Shown here piece after piece: positions 11,189-25,815 of a DNA stretch of 64,000 nucleotides. Location: positions 67,518,001 to 67,582,000 of the forward strand of contig CM060731.1 in the NCBI GenBank assembly GCA_030704615.1, given 5' to 3'. Below the pieces are notes generated by a model. That model was not told where the DNA came from. It searched no databases and worked only from the letters and a program-made list of their open reading frames with translations. The stretch is from Takakia lepidozioides (lineage: Eukaryota; Plantae; Bryophyta). A program made the translations under genes and the position numbers. The first letter of the stretch is position 1, and every line of letters begins with the position of its first letter.

Positions 11189-14100
11189 AGATATCCATGA
11201 CGGTAGTGCACACTTACTTGTATATTGTGCTGGGGATCTCTCCCTTCGTTACATCTCTGTTGCTGTGGCCTATTGTCCTTCTAATTCTTTGGAAGCCTCT
11301 GCTGCATAAGCTGATCAATCCTTTTATAGCGGAGAGCTTTTTGTATACAAATAAGCCTCTTCTTTCAGCCTTGTAAGGGCCGCTCTAATATATCGCTCAT
11401 AGGCTGGGAGGTGTTCTAATAAGATCCGAGGTGTTCTTCTCACGGAGGAACTTTCTAATTGCTGCAAGTCACATGGGATATCGAGAAATTGATCTGGTAC
11501 TTCAGACAAGGAGCATACTTCAGAGATTGGAATAGGAAGTCTATGCTGCAGGAGAGCTTCACAATTTGAAGCTTTACAGTTTTGTACGAAAACTTTCTTC
11601 AATACACCAAGTTGCAACTTTCGGGTTGTCTGCTTCAAAGGGACCAAGAGTTGAACTGCTCATTCATGGCTGTGTTTTTTGTCTGTCTAGGCCTTGTAAT
11701 ATGTTTTCCATTGTCTGGGGTAGCTGATTCATAGCTTGTAAGGTCCTCACCCACCATACCAGTGACAATCAGTTCTCTGAAAAGTAAGAGGAGTCACCCT
11801 GTTTTTGTTTCACACACTGATGTCTGGTCAAACTTGGTAATTTGGAGCGAGTAAAGTGGGATAGTGTGCAAAAGAAACTGAGATTGAGTGTCTTTTGTAT
11901 ATTCATTCATGTTAGCTTGGGGCCTATCAGGCACCAAATGTACCTTGAAGCAGTGATTGCACAGAGAATGTACTCATGCTGTTCCCTGTGAACCTTGGCT
12001 TGCAAAAGCCTTACGGCCATTGACCCACATAGAGAGGCACATAGAGAGGTACTCATAAGACGTTTGCCGTAGCCTTGTGGCCACAGAGGGAGGGAGGATC
12101 ATTTCCCAACATGCATCCTCATAGCATTTATCATACTAGAGCATGAATGACTTGACCTTGTGCTGCTGATCTGGAGTATTATTTGCTTTATTTGTTACAT
12201 CTCTTACCAGGAGTGATTGACAGCACCATGGCTGAAGGTTGAAAGGGTCCTTGATTGTTCATTTCCCTGAGCCCATACTTTGATTGCAGGCAGGTACTGG
12301 TCTCTCTTGATCACTTGGACAGGTATTTATGGAGCAGTGAGCTTGAAGGAAATGCAGTAATGAGACTGTCGTATGGGGACATATGGAAGTCTGTGTGGAA
12401 AGAGCATGTTATAAGTGGGATCCTCACAAAGAGAAGCCCACACTTACAAATCAATATTGAAGTTCCTTGGGTTCTCCCCCTAGCAGCTGTGGGAAAGGTT
12501 GGAGCAAGGAAGAGTCACTGCTGGCATCCTTTCTTGGAGAGGTGATGAAGCTGGCTGGCACGGTACCCACTTGTTGGTCTCTTAACTCCATCAGGATATG
12601 ATGTTCTCAATGACAATGGAACTATAACATCAAGCAGCATTAGCCACTGGAATATTGAACACATCCACAGGATCTCTCTCTCCAGAAAGTATGACTGAAA
12701 CTCAGAAGTGTTCAAATACCTCGTCAGTTTTTTCTCCTCTTGCTAGGTGAGGAATGCAGGATCTGGGGCATATGGCTGTTTGAGCCCAATCTGGCTCATC
12801 ACTATGTTGTCCTAGAATACAATGAATCAGATTCAAATTACATTCATCAAGCAGATCTCTCTCTCTTCTTTCATTGTTTCTTTCTTGCAGCTGCCAGGGC
12901 TGAGATTTGTTGCAGGTGAGATAAGTGGGAGCACTGCCTTCTTTGCCCAGTCCTCCTAGACTTAGAATGGGGCAATTCTAGGCAATTCAAGATGATGTTC
13001 TCTTTGGACGTCCCATAGATTTGAACTGAGTACCATGAAACACTCTGAAAGTGTGCATTTCAACAGGACATGATGCAGATGGAGTATGCTGAGCAGACAG
13101 ATAGGAGGGCAGCGAATCAACTCGAACAGGGAACAGCCAGGGCTTTATACCAAGACAGCGAGAACTACCTACTTCAGGAGATTTTCAGTGCTGTCGACCT
13201 TCACAGGATCTCCAATGTTCCAACGTTGAGAATAGTCTCACTGGTTGCTGGTTTTGTTGAAAAAAACAGATCAGGTGTAGTATTAGCTGATGAGCAGTTC
13301 AGAAAATCAAACATTGACAGATTTACCCACCACTGAAGCAGGTGTGACTTTCCAATGTTTGCTCTGCAGTATAACATGTTCAAACTATCATTGGGGGAAG
13401 GTCACTTGATTCCATGTCTCTCCAATGCTCCCCCCCCACACCCAGCCCTGTGTAGAGGTACTTTTCTGTTACCATACATTTTCATGTGGCTCTGTGCTGT
13501 CTTGTTTTAACAGACCTGGCACTAATGGCCCAACTTTGCTTGGTATTTTACAGCAGGTTTGTGTTCACAACATGCCAAAATGTGGCCATCATGATTCCCT
13601 TGTCTTGGACATTGTCCGGTGAGCAACTGTGACCACATTCCATTTGTTTGGAACTTTCACTGTTGATATTTCACAACAAATTAGATAACGCGTTGGACTT
13701 ACTCTCAAGGTTTGGGATGCAAGGGTTAAAAGAGAGAGATTGTGAAGCAAGGATTAACACAAAGAGAGATTTGAAAAATTAAAATTAAAATTGAACTGTT
13801 CTGAAGGTCCAGCGATACTATTGGGCCTACTGCTCAATGCACAGGCCTTTGAGGGCTCAATGGAAGATTTAAGGAACCCAGGATCATCTTGGTTATGCAT
13901 GGCACAAACCCCCACTGGGCTGGCTGCCCAAGTGCAGACAGTTCGTGATGAAAGGATACAAAGACAGAGTTCACATTCCAAGGATACATTCTTTTTGTTG
14001 GCAATTGAGATTTTTTGACGTCTATCATCTGTACTCCCTTTTAACTTGCACATAGATCTCAAAAGAATAGCCTTGGAGCCCAGCTGAAAACAAAGGCAGT

Positions 14101-17100
14101 GGAAGCCTTAATGCTTGTGTTATTAAACCCTTCACAAGGGGCACAAGACTAGAGACTGTCAGCTTCATCGTCTTGTTCTTTCTTTCTGACTCATCCCCCT
14201 TTTGGTTTTTGGCTCTGATTCTACTTCAGCCAGTAGGTACTCAGACTGGATCGGCTTGATTTGTTTGTTGTCACTTCATCTCCCGGCTGATTCTCTTTAT
14301 CTAATGTACAGTCACCTATTTGGGTCTTTTATAAAACCTTACAGGGTTTGATGAATGCAAGAGTAAAGAGAGAGAGAATGATTGTAATTAGTTAGAGATG
14401 CGGGGATTGACAAAGAGATTGATTGTGGTGGGGTGTCTGTGACACAGAGTCTACAGCCTGGTCTGCTCAGGTTGTGACAAGAGTTAGGGAATTTCTCACC
14501 GGTGGCCTTATATTATTTGACGCCCCTCATCAAGGAGGTGGGTTGGTGCCAGTGAGCCTGAGTGGGTCTGTCACTTTTATGTTGTTAGCCTCTAACTAGC
14601 CACCAATTGCAGTAGGTATGGTCCACTGTGGCCAGAAGATGAATGTGAGGAGGGTATCCATAGATTGTGACCACTGCCAAGGCTGTCATCCATTAGACTG
14701 TACACCATATCCTGGACAAATCCTAGCTACAGGCTTCCCCTCCCTTTATGCCAGTCCTTCCTTGCCCTTGTTTGCTTTCTTTTGTTTCCTATTCATCCCA
14801 TTCATTTCTGTTTTACTTTGTGTTTACGTGATTGTAGAATAAAACTTGCGGGCGTGCGAGCATCCCATCATGGCACATGCTTGCACATCTACTACTCTTT
14901 AGACATGATATAATTTATTTATAAATATTTTTTAGAAAGTAATTTACTACTTCCCTTAGGTCCCTAGGGCCTAGAGACGGACTGTCACAGTTTTGAGTTG
15001 CCATTGGGAAACAATAGGAATACTGTAAGAACTTAATGCATGCGTTCTACCTGACGGCACTTTTGTCAGATTCTGGCAGTGCCCTTATCTAATACGTGTT
15101 GGACTCGTATGTCCATATTTAATACCGGACTGGTCCTGGTATAAAGGGTCCCACCCCTTTTTCATATCAGGCTGGTAAGTATAGGTATCTACGGTATTCA
15201 GATATGAGCAACCGAGTCTGGTATGAGTAGTTGTATTTTGGGCTGTATATGAAGATGGTATTGGTATTGGCTTTTATTAAGGTGATACTGGGGGTAAGTT
15301 TTTGGAAAAGCTGTAGAATGCAGCAGGTAGAGTGGTGGTAGAGAGTGACATATATTAAGCATCTGGTTCAATGTTCAAATCCTACTAAGTGATATTGTGA
15401 TAGTGTGTGTCAATAACAAATATATATTTTGTCTGAGGAGGGTCTGCCAGCCCGGTTGAAGGTTAGAGTTAGTTCGCCTGGAGTATGTTGCCGGTCCGCT
15501 CGCCAATCACCAGTCCGTGCCAGTCCTATGGAAGGTTCGAGTGCTAGAGGAGTCAGTCTCTTGGAGGGTATGAAAAACCAGCAGTTGGAGGGTATGAAAA
15601 ACCAGCAGTTAGAAAACATTCAGAATCCGAACCCCACCCGGGGAATAGGCGGTGGGTTTATCCACTCACCCTATGGGCCATACTGGCGGGGCCCATAGGT
15701 GCTTTGAGGAAGCTACTATTAAAAAATGAGAGGCTTTTGCAAAGATTACAAACATTTTCATGCTCACAAAAATGGTTATAAGATTCTAGTTCTTATTTAA
15801 AAAATCATAAAATTAGAGATCCAGGATATAAGCAATATAGTTAGGAACATGATTGAACGGTCAAGTTGTGTAGATCTTAGCATAGTCTTAGGTAACAAAT
15901 ATAAGGGTGGTCAGGGAAGTTACTTTTTACGGCAAGGACGAGTTTAAGGCAAGCGTGTGAGGTGGAGGCTCTTACGAACTACCAATCAAATCTCATCCCC
16001 CATTAGGAAGGTGGAGAGCGCTTCACACCTCCTGTTCCCTCCTCAGGCTCCCCACCTTAGGACCATGTTCCTATACATTCTCCAATTTTGTTCCCCTATT
16101 CCCGTCCCTCGATCCCTGCTGCCCATAGTGGGATAGGGGAGTGAGGAGGGGAGCGGAGACCGGGAACAGGGGAGCAGTGTTTTTTTTTCTGGCAAATAAT
16201 CGCCAGATTCCGACCTGGAAAATGGGTCAGCTACTTTTACTAAGGAATTCTAGGATCAAAAATCAAGAAAATCGCCAGAAAGCGCCAAAGGATAAATACC
16301 GGGAGCCAGATTTCTCCTACGTGGACCTGTTAAAATATAACACCTGTAATATAGCCTCTTTTCCAGCTATGTCACCTCGTTATTCTCGCCACATGGGCGT
16401 TGGGTAGAATCTACATGTCGCCCTCCCTGCGATTTTGGAAAAGTGAAAAAAAAAACAATGCAGGAGAGCAAACCACGTTCCATAGGACCAGGAGGGGAGC
16501 AAGGACCAGGGACAGGGGTAGGGGAGCGGACAGTAATTAATCGCACATGCAGCCAATCACTCAATGTGCTTTGAGGGCCACAAATTGGACCTCAGACCTC
16601 CTCACTGTAATGCATATGAGTCACCTAGCCACCACGCTACCATCCGCTTCTTGCCAAACCTTTGCTTTTTTAGTGCATAATTCTACAATCCAGGCTCGCA
16701 GATGAGAGGGGAGCTATGGGGGGTTGGGGATTTGACAGCGCGCCCTGCCGGAACTTGCCGGTATGGCCATCCTCGGCGGAACGTACCGGCAAGACTCCCA
16801 CACTTGCATTGAACGTAGTCTTCTCTATTTTTCCCTTGTTTCTTCCAATTTGGAAATTGTTATCACCATGTTCCATCATTAGCTCTTTGGGTACTGAAGC
16901 ATGGGGTTCTCATTGGAGCCGGGACCACATCAGTGTTTATTAGAGTGAGCAATAAAAGGAACAAGGATGAGGCCTGTGGATGGAGTGTCGCGTAAAATAT
17001 TGTGTCTCTTAGACCATCTATTACTGCCTCCATTGGAAGTTGGACACTTTGAACCCTAGATCACCTAGGTTATGCACAGGCAAGGCCCCACTAAGCGAGT

Positions 17101-17894
17101 AAGAGCAGCCATGGCCCCTCTTCCAATGCGATATATATATATATATATATATATATATGACACCAACCGAAGCCAGCGTAAATAAGAGCCTCTTCCCCTT
17201 GCGGGTGCTGCCCCCTTTCAGAGATGGGCTCTATTTGTACCATAACTTGTCAGAGATTGGTTAGATTGGTTAGCTGGCCACTTTCAATCTTACGTTTATT
17301 GAGGAATAGGGATGTGAGTGATGTAATAGTTGTGAAGTGCAATGTATTTGGGTCGTAGGTTGAGATTATCTTTCAAGCCTCGGATATTATTCCAATGCGA
17401 GAGTTGATGGATATAGAAATCGCTAGGTTTGGACCCAAACCAGGCCTCGGATCGGACGCTATTAACTATGGGGTTAACCCTAATTAGCCCTAATGTGAAG
17501 AGGAAGAGAGAGGCAATGGGAAAGGACCACGGCCATCATCCCTCTCACGCAGTCCCTGGACCTGCCTGCGTTGCTCGCGTGTGCGAGCGTCTCTTTCTGG
17601 GGATCGTGTGGGCTCCAGAGAGCAGAAAGAAAGAGAGGCACAGCTCCTTTTTGTAGCATCTGCAGGTGTATTGTAGTCTGGTCTTGGATCGGGCAAGTGG
17701 TGATGTGGCAAGAGTAGTGCTTAGGGTTGAAGACTTTCAAGGGTTTTTGAGAGGCACGCAGAAAAGGTTACGTCTTTCCTTTCCAGCTTGGAAAGTTTGC
17801 TCGCTAGGACGTTTCATTGTCGTAGGTTGGGGCGAAGGTTGACCCAAGTTGGGGGGGTTACAGCGCAGGCATCGGATTTTGGGGTTAGGGGGAA

Positions 17895-20800
17895 ATGGCG
17901 CGCGAGGCTATGGCATCCTTGGGGATGGCGATCGTGTTGTGCATTGTGTTCGGAAGTTTGAATGCCCATTCGAGTGCTGCCGACCATAAGTTTGCAGCGG
18001 GGGATCCAGTTCCTCTCTATGCTAATAAAGTGGGCCCTTTCCACAATCCCAGGTTAGTCATGACATGGCGTTAGGCGTCCTACCCCGTTTTGACATTGTC
18101 GATAACCTGTAAGAGGAGCAATGCTGGGGGTTGATGTGTATGATATGTAGGCTCTTTCAGAAACATTTTATCTTCCAATCTTGCACCATCATCCTCACAG
18201 TTCTCATTGTCTATCCTGGAGCCATCTTCGAAGATGCATTGCTGGCGAATGTGCCACCCTGACATGGCGGGTGGCAAATGTTCACGTTGCTGCCAAGGGA
18301 CTTTTCTTTTCACCTAACCCTCATAGACCTCAGTGACGACTCCGTCGATGTTTTGTTCACTACTGGTGGGCGAGTAGAAGCAACACAATGTAGGTGTTTG
18401 AATGAGTTAGCATCATTTTTGAATGGTCAATAGAAAGTTATTTGTACTTTTATGTAGCAATTTGTTTCAACTACCGATTCTTTGTCTTCATAAGGGGCTT
18501 GCCTTAGTATTCCATGTCAAGTTATCAGCTGTGAAACCATTGAAGTTTTCCTTCCAACATCGGGTTGTTCAAGATTCGTGGAGAGGCTTCTTATTGGGAA
18601 CCTATAAATTTATTATCTTTGGGAAACGAGCATGTCTGTGATGCGTGAGCTCCCCAGGCTAATCCTCTTGAGCAGAACCTTCTGGGCATCTATGCAGTTG
18701 TATATGACTTAATAGGATGGAGCAGTGAAGCTTTTTTGCTGTGCCTTGATATCCTCAGGTCCCGGGATGGTATATCTGCAGGTTCCTGATCCATTGCCGA
18801 TGTGTTACAGCCATGTTCTGGAAAAACATTAGATGTGAATCAATTGAACATCTAGAAGAGTTCACTGCTACGGTACAGCAGTACGGTGTGCAGACTAATC
18901 ATGTGAGCTGCAGAAGTTTTGGAATAATGTCAGGGGAGTGTAGACTTATTATGCAACTCAATTGGAGATGAAGATGAGTTCTTCAGTTGGACCCACCTGA
19001 AACTAAAGATCCACCTCACAAAGGCCTGTTTGTCAGGTTCATCACATCTTGGATATCTGATTATCTGGGGGCAGGGTTTGGATCATGCCAGCTCCATGGG
19101 GAACATCCAAGTTCACCTTGATTAAGAATAGATACATATTTAATGATATGATCTTCAGTGCCAAAGTTTACACCAGAGTGCAGCAATTGTTTCAGGTCTT
19201 CCATCATTACTGTGTCTATGTCATGTTCCATAACAGTCACTTCTTTCTTCTCCCTCATTCTTTATATAATGGGTTTACAAATCCTTGTTAAACCTTCTTT
19301 TTTGCGGTGGATAATGTATCCTTCTCCTTCAGTACTTTTCAAAGGTGAGGCAGAATTTTACTGTGCACTCACATGGCAGCGGATGCATTTTATAATGGTT
19401 AACCCCTACTCTGCACTCGTTTCATCCTAAGAAATGCAGTGTCTTTGGAGATGTGAATAGAGGCCAGGATTAGTGATTAGGTCAGGTTCCATCTGTACAT
19501 AGATGTGGAAATGTGAATTCTCATATACTCTAATTGCAAAGGATAATACTGCAAAGGAATGCAGGCACTTTGAGGAAATGGAAAGTCCTGGAATAGTTTT
19601 GTAATCTTATGTGTACCTTGTGGTGGGTGGTGGATGCAGTGAGACCTACAAGTATTTCGACCTGCCCTTCTGCCAACCTAAAGGTTTTCTCTTTTGGCTG
19701 TTTGCTTTCCCTGTCACCATCTGTCTGTCGATCTGATTGGTACCAGCTTAGCATATAATTTCCTAATGGTCCACCATAGATTTCAATCAATGTGCCTATT
19801 GAGCCAATGAGTTACACTATGCTCATTGGCTTAGTAAAAATTCACTGGACAAACTTCCTTCACAAGCCCCAATTTGCTCAGTCAGTTTTTGGACTGTGTA
19901 CAAGTTGATTCAAAAGTGGCTGAAATCTGCCACATCACATGCCACCTGCATGTCAACATTTCCAGAAATGCCCAATATGAAGTGGTCTAATTTGTTATTC
20001 TTTTGGACTGCATGTGGAGAACATATTAAAGACTTTTCTTAGAAAAGCAGCAGTTGTCAACTTCTGTTAATTGTGTAGATCACAAAAATGTGGTAAGGGC
20101 ACACTTTATTGCAGTGGTACAATACGCTCGTCCAGAAAGCAGAGAGACTCCTGCACCCTTTTGCATTCTGCAACACCAGGTCATATCCAGCAGGAGGGGA
20201 ATAACTACTGGGAGCAAGTTGGAAGGCCTAATGTACTTAAGGTCGCCTGAAGCTCTGTCTGACTGTCTTGTGGAAGTCATGCCTTGTGGTGGCATTCAGG
20301 AATGCTGCATTTAGAATGTTACCAGGCCGCCAAATTGTCCTCACCCAAACCTGCATCACTTGAATTGACATGACCTGGATGATCAGACACATTCATTGTG
20401 TGCTAGGTCTTAGGAGGAAAGAGATCGGTTTTGATAAGATTTTTCTGTTGGCTCATCTACAAACATGCAGGGCAGATTACAGAAAAAAGGGAGGATCTCG
20501 GGGAGGTTCTCAATGGTGATCGAATGGTGGATGCACTCTACCAGCTCAAGTTCCGTGAGGATAAACAGACTGAGGTTCTCTGCAAAAAGAAGCTGCAGAA
20601 GGCTGATTTGGAAAAGTTCAGGGATGCCGTGAAGAATGACTACTACTTTCAAATGTATTACGACGATTTGCCCATCTGGGGCTTCATTGGCAAGGGTGAA
20701 CTGAAGGGAAAGGAACTCAAGTACTCTTTATTCACACATGTGCATTTTGACATTCTTTATAACAATGACCGAGTAATTGAGATCACTGTTGGGACAGATC

Positions 20801-23476
20801 CCTTGTACACAGTGGACATCACTGACGATAAAGTGCAAGATGTTGAGTTCACTTATTCTTCCAAGTGGAAGGAGACTGTCAAGCCATTTGAGCAGCGGAT
20901 GGAAAAATACTCGCGGTATTCATTTCTACCCCAGCATCTTGAGATCCATTGGTTCTCAATCATCAACTCATGCGTGACTGTCCTCCTCCTCACAGGGTTC
21001 CTGGCTACTATTCTGATGCGAGTTCTCAAGAATGACTTCATTAAGTAAGTTCTTCTGTTTCTCTTGAGAGATGGGTCAGGAGGGTTCTAGTTGCAATCTC
21101 AACTATTGACAAACATGACTTCATTCTATTGGGTAGTTCAAAAGGCTTCAGGACATCTCTCCTATACCATGTCTGTATCACAATACCATCAAGAAAGTTG
21201 TTTGGTGTCAGCTTGTCACATGGTCATTGACTTTGAAGTCTTTGGATTTCAGCTAGGAGTTAGACTGGTGCACCTTCCTTGAAAGGTATCAAGACTAGAT
21301 GGATGCTAATAGTAGTTGATTTATCACATGCATGACTTCGCTGGTTAGATATTCACGTGATGAGGAGGCGGTTGAAGATCAAGAAGAGACGGGCTGGAAG
21401 TATATTCATGGTGATGTGTTCAGATATCCACCGTACAAGTCGCTCTTTTGTGCGGTGCTTGGAAGTGGAGCTCAGCTTCTGGCACTGTGAGTAGTTGATT
21501 TTGAATTTGGGTTGTAGATCTGTGTTTGCATTGGATAATTATTTAAGATGGTGAGTCATATCTTGTGATTCCAGGGATCAGTATTCAAAGTATTTATTCC
21601 TGAAAGTTTAGAGGAATACAGTAGGACTCTGTCCTGCAGAGATATCCTTCTGGCGGGGGTCAGTAGAATCGTAGTTGGTGTGTACTAAGTATGCTGTGTG
21701 CTATTCCTAGGTAAAGCTTGACTTAAATGATGGTAGAGGAGCTGATTTTGAGCTAATAGTGAGAATGGGTTTGACAAAGGTGAAGCTAATCTGGTTTTTG
21801 TGGACAGGGCTATATTCATCTTTATGCTTGCGTTGATTGGAGTGTTCTACCCATACAACCGCGGGGCTCTCTATACAGCCCTTGTTGTGATCTATGCTCT
21901 CACCTCAGGCATTGCTGGCTATACTTCTGCGTCTTTCTACAAGCAGCTTGAAGGAGTGAACTGGGTAAGCCTAAATTGGGGGCATTGGGGACTTCATCCG
22001 TTCTTAATCTCATGTCTACAACTTGTACTTCAGTTGTGGCTGGCAGCCACAGCTTTGACTTGTCATTTGTTTCCCCTCTATTAAGATGGACAGTCAGCGT
22101 CAGGACAAGTGCAAATCTCATGCACACACCAGAAAAGCATCTGTGGATGTTTCTTGAAGGCAGGTGCATGACTCAATGACCAATCTGCATTGTTGAGCAC
22201 TAATGAAGGTCAAAAGGTTTCATGAAGTACATTACTTAAATGAGAATGTTTGTGCAGAGGCAGATAGAGGACAGGTTTCATTTAGAGGCTAAGGGGTGGG
22301 ACAGGAAGACAAAGAGAGATGGTATCCTTCAGTGATTGATTAGCAGTGACGGAACACTGACGATGTAGAGCTTACTTAGCAACATTACTGAAAATATGTG
22401 GGAATTTATGTACAGGTGCGAAACGTGCTTCTAACTGGCTGTTTATTTTGTGGGCCACTGTTCCTTACCTTCTCCTTTTTGAACACGGTTGCAATTTTCT
22501 ACAACTCAACTGCAGCCTTACCATTTGGCACCATTTTGGTTATCTTCCTAATCTGGACCCTGGTAACTTCCCCATTGCTGGTGCTTGGTGGCATTGCTGG
22601 GAAAAACAGCAAGTCGGACTTCCAGGCCCCCTGCAGAACGACAAAATATCCGAGGGAAATACCAGCTCTCCCGTGGTATCGCCATACTGTGCCGCAGATG
22701 GCCATGGCTGGTTTCCTGCCATTTAGTGCAATTTACATTGAGCTTTACTACATCTTTGCCAGTGTGTGGGGCCACAAGGTTTACACCATCTACAGCATTC
22801 TCTTCATTGTCTTCATCATCCTTATCGTTGTGACAGCTTTCATCACAATTGCACTGACCTACTTCCAGCTAGCCGTGGAGGACCATGAATGGTGGTGGAG
22901 GTATGTTTCTTTCAAGTTAATTGATACCACTTACAGGAACAAAAAGCTAGGGCCAAAGAGCATGAATGGCACAGGCTAGAGTGAAGCAAAACTAGTAATC
23001 ATAGTGTGGTATCTCCCCTGATTGCTCGGTTAAGTACACCCTGGTTTCTTAATATTTCCTCATATCTGTAGCAAACAGTTGAAGTGTAAGAAAGGGTACT
23101 AGTCTTGAGGGGGATTTCATGAATGAATCTGCCAAGAGAGGTTGGTAGGTCGGAGCCAACCAAAAGTGGTTCTGCACTAGGAGGAAAACAAATTCCTAGG
23201 TGTGTTATTGGCATTGGTTCATATGGATTTTGATGCTTGTGTGGTTCCCTCTGCAGGGCTGTTCTGTGTGGAGGTTCAACAGGGGTGTTCATTTTTGGAT
23301 ATTGTTTCTATTACTACCATGCCCGCTCCGACATGAATGGTTTCATGCAGACATCCTTCTTTTTCGGCTATATGGCCTGCATTTGTTATGGATTCTTCCT
23401 AATGTTAGGGACTGTGGGCTTCCGGGCATCACTGTTGTTCGTTCGCCACATCTATCGGTCCATCAAATGTGAGTGA
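17895..23476 (+). CDS. Transmembrane 9 superfamily (TM9SF/EMP70/nonaspanin) protein, 7 coding exons
   Basis: Exons 17895-18052 (signal peptide, then [23 protein letters not shown]), 19640-19683 ([12 protein letters not shown]), 20471-21044 (LGEVLNGDR...[10 protein letters not shown]...LMRVLKNDF), 21349-21486 ([14 protein letters not shown]), 21808-21964, 22416-22900 and 23257-23476 ([12 protein letters not shown], KxE Golgi-retention-type end). All introns are GT-AG and phases are consistent. Confidence 0.95.
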
Positions 23477-24632
23477 GGAAGACCGTGGTGAAGTGTTTCA
23501 CCAGAAGAGAAGTAGATATTTAGTGTAGTCTTTGTTACTCGTGCAGAGACAGATTTGAGGTGTACAAATGTAGTCCTTCAATTGAAGGGCAGCTCCAACA
23601 GAGGGGTTTTCCCAGTTGGCTTAGTTCCCATAGAGATCCCTCATCTCATTGGCGAGAACAGGGTTGGCTAGTTCTCCAGAGTCACAGAGAAGATGAGTAG
23701 ATTTTTGTGTAATTGGAAGACAGTATGATTTGCATTCAGGGAGCGGATGGGAGAGGTTGGTCCCCCTTTGGGTGTTTACTGCTGATGTCAACATCCGAGT
23801 GTGTTGGTCTCATGGTTACATTCAAATGGGGACATACTGACAGAACTCAAATCTGGTTGCAGCAGATAGATAGCTTACAAATTAGTAGCCCTTTACTTGC
23901 ATGCCTGCTTAATTGGGCATTATGTCAGAGAGGTCTGGCAATGTCACTATCTAGTTTCTAATTGAGTTGGAATGTCCCTTGATTTGTGCGTCAGTGTATC
24001 ATATCCTCTCTTGCTAGAAGTTCACTCCTGGGAGTTGTGAACAACGTTATTTGCTATGGATGAGTGACTTCTACCCCCATGTTGAATGATGATTGAGTCT
24101 TCATCTCAGGCCAGTCTTCTTTTCTGCTGTTACTGTGGTTTCACATCCCTGCTTGGCTGGAGCACCGCAGAACAAACATTACACGGCTATCCCCTAACCC
24201 ATCTAAATTATCCACTTGTTTCATGTAGCTATATTGTCAATGGCTACCAATCTTTGAATCATCTCCGCCAGGAACAAGGGTTGATGAATCATCGAGGGAA
24301 AGTCAGCTATATTGTCAATGGCTACCAATCAAGAAGGGTTGATGAAGCATCTGAAGAAAAGAGGGAAAGTCAGTATGGCAAACAACCTGAAAGTGAAGTA
24401 ATAGGTCATATCTGCAAGTGCAAGGTACTGGGAGGTGGTTACTGTTATGTGGATCTTTTGGTGTTTTCAATCCCTTGTCCTCACATGCTGCTCTTACAAC
24501 TACCCTATTCCAATGGAAATGAACTCCTGGTTTCTAAAATTGCAGGAAGTATGGCTTGGTTTGGCCTTTCTCGGCTATCGTCACTTCACTCTTAAGATTC
24601 CTTGCTTCTGATCTATCACCATACGAGCACCG

Positions 24633-25720
24633 ATGTCATCTCTTAGCAAGGCAGCCTCGGCCAAGCGTGCTCTCTGTTGGGTTGCACTCAGAGCAGCCTC
24701 TACGTCCGCCAAGGCAAGAGCATCTTCCAACGACTCTACATCATCCCTTTCCAAGCCCGCAAACCTCAAGAAGTTTGCAATCTATCGATGGAACCCGGAC
24801 AAGAACGAGAAACCGCATCTGGAGACCTTCCCAATAAACACAAGCGACTGCGGGCCGATGGTGCTAGATGCACTGATCAAGATCAAGAATGAGACTGATA
24901 CCAGTCTTACATTTCGCCGATCGTGCAGAGAGGGCATCTGCGGGTCGTGTGCTATGAACATCGAGGGAGTGAATGGCCTGGCATGTCTGACCAAGATCGA
25001 CACGAATGCTTCGTCCGTGACCAACATCACCCCGCTGCCCCATATGTATGTTGTGAAGGATTTGGTGGTGGATATGACTCAGTTTTATAACCAGTATAAG
25101 AGTGTGGAGCCATGGCTGAAGACTAGAAAACCCAGCACGGACGGGAAGGAGTATTTTCAGAGCAAACAGGACAGGGAGAAGTTGGATGGCATGTACGAGT
25201 GTATCCTGTGTGCGTGTTGCAGTACCTCATGCCCAAGTTATTGGTGGAATCCTGAGAAGTACCTTGGTCCCGCCGCTCTCCTTCATGCACACAGGTACTC
25301 AGGCCCTCAAGTCTCTTTTTCTTCGCCGTTGATATGGTTTCATCTTTCTCTTTCATTCAGTTACAGATCAGAGAAAGTTTTGCAGTTTTGCTCGCGCTTA
25401 CATCATATAGGTTTTTCGATTCTACCACTCACTTCTATTAGGTTAGTGTGTAGGAGCTGAGGTCCAATTCAGTTACGGGTGCAAAACATTCTCAGAATAT
25501 GTAGTTCTGCACTTACGTCTGCATCCTTCATTCACGTTTTGAACGCAGATGGATAGCAGATAGCCGAGATGAGTACACAAATGAGAGGCTGGAGGCAATT
25601 GATGATGAGTTCAAGCTGTACCGTTGCCATACCATTATGAATTGTGCAAAAGCATGTCCCAAAGGGTTGAATCCTGGCATGCAAATCGCAAAGCTCAAGG
25701 GGCTTCAGGCGCGACGATGA
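24633..25720 (+). CDS. SDH2: Succinate dehydrogenase iron-sulfur subunit, mitochondrial (complex II)
   Basis: Exon 1 24633-25294: S/A/R/K-rich presequence, [10 protein letters not shown] (2Fe-2S), [13 protein letters not shown] (4Fe-4S). Exon 2 25549-25720: WIADSRD...[18 protein letters not shown] (3Fe-4S), ending at TGA. Confidence 0.97.
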
Positions 25721-25815
25721 TCTGGTCATTATTTCACCAACATTTGGTGATTCTCTCTTTGGGCCAGCAGGTTCACAAGCCAGGAATGAGGGGAATTGTG
25801 TGATTGGGCTGTGTG

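Noticed and set aside
12255-14062. Short ORFs and splice-like signals suggesting a gene
   Set aside because: I could not assemble a consistent exon chain or recognise a domain.
15561-15610. 24-bp tandem duplication within ORF 15429-15698
   Set aside because: Local slippage duplication; the ORF has no supporting features.
24086-24595. 169-aa ORF upstream of SDH2
   Set aside because: No recognisable homology, and it contains a 26-bp local duplication (SYIVNGYQS twice). It is probably UTR or intergenic.
25295-25548. An rps14 exon hidden in the SDH2 intron, as in grasses
   Set aside because: The intron is only 254 bp and shows no S14-like peptide. The ORF-track extension to 25460 is intron read-through.
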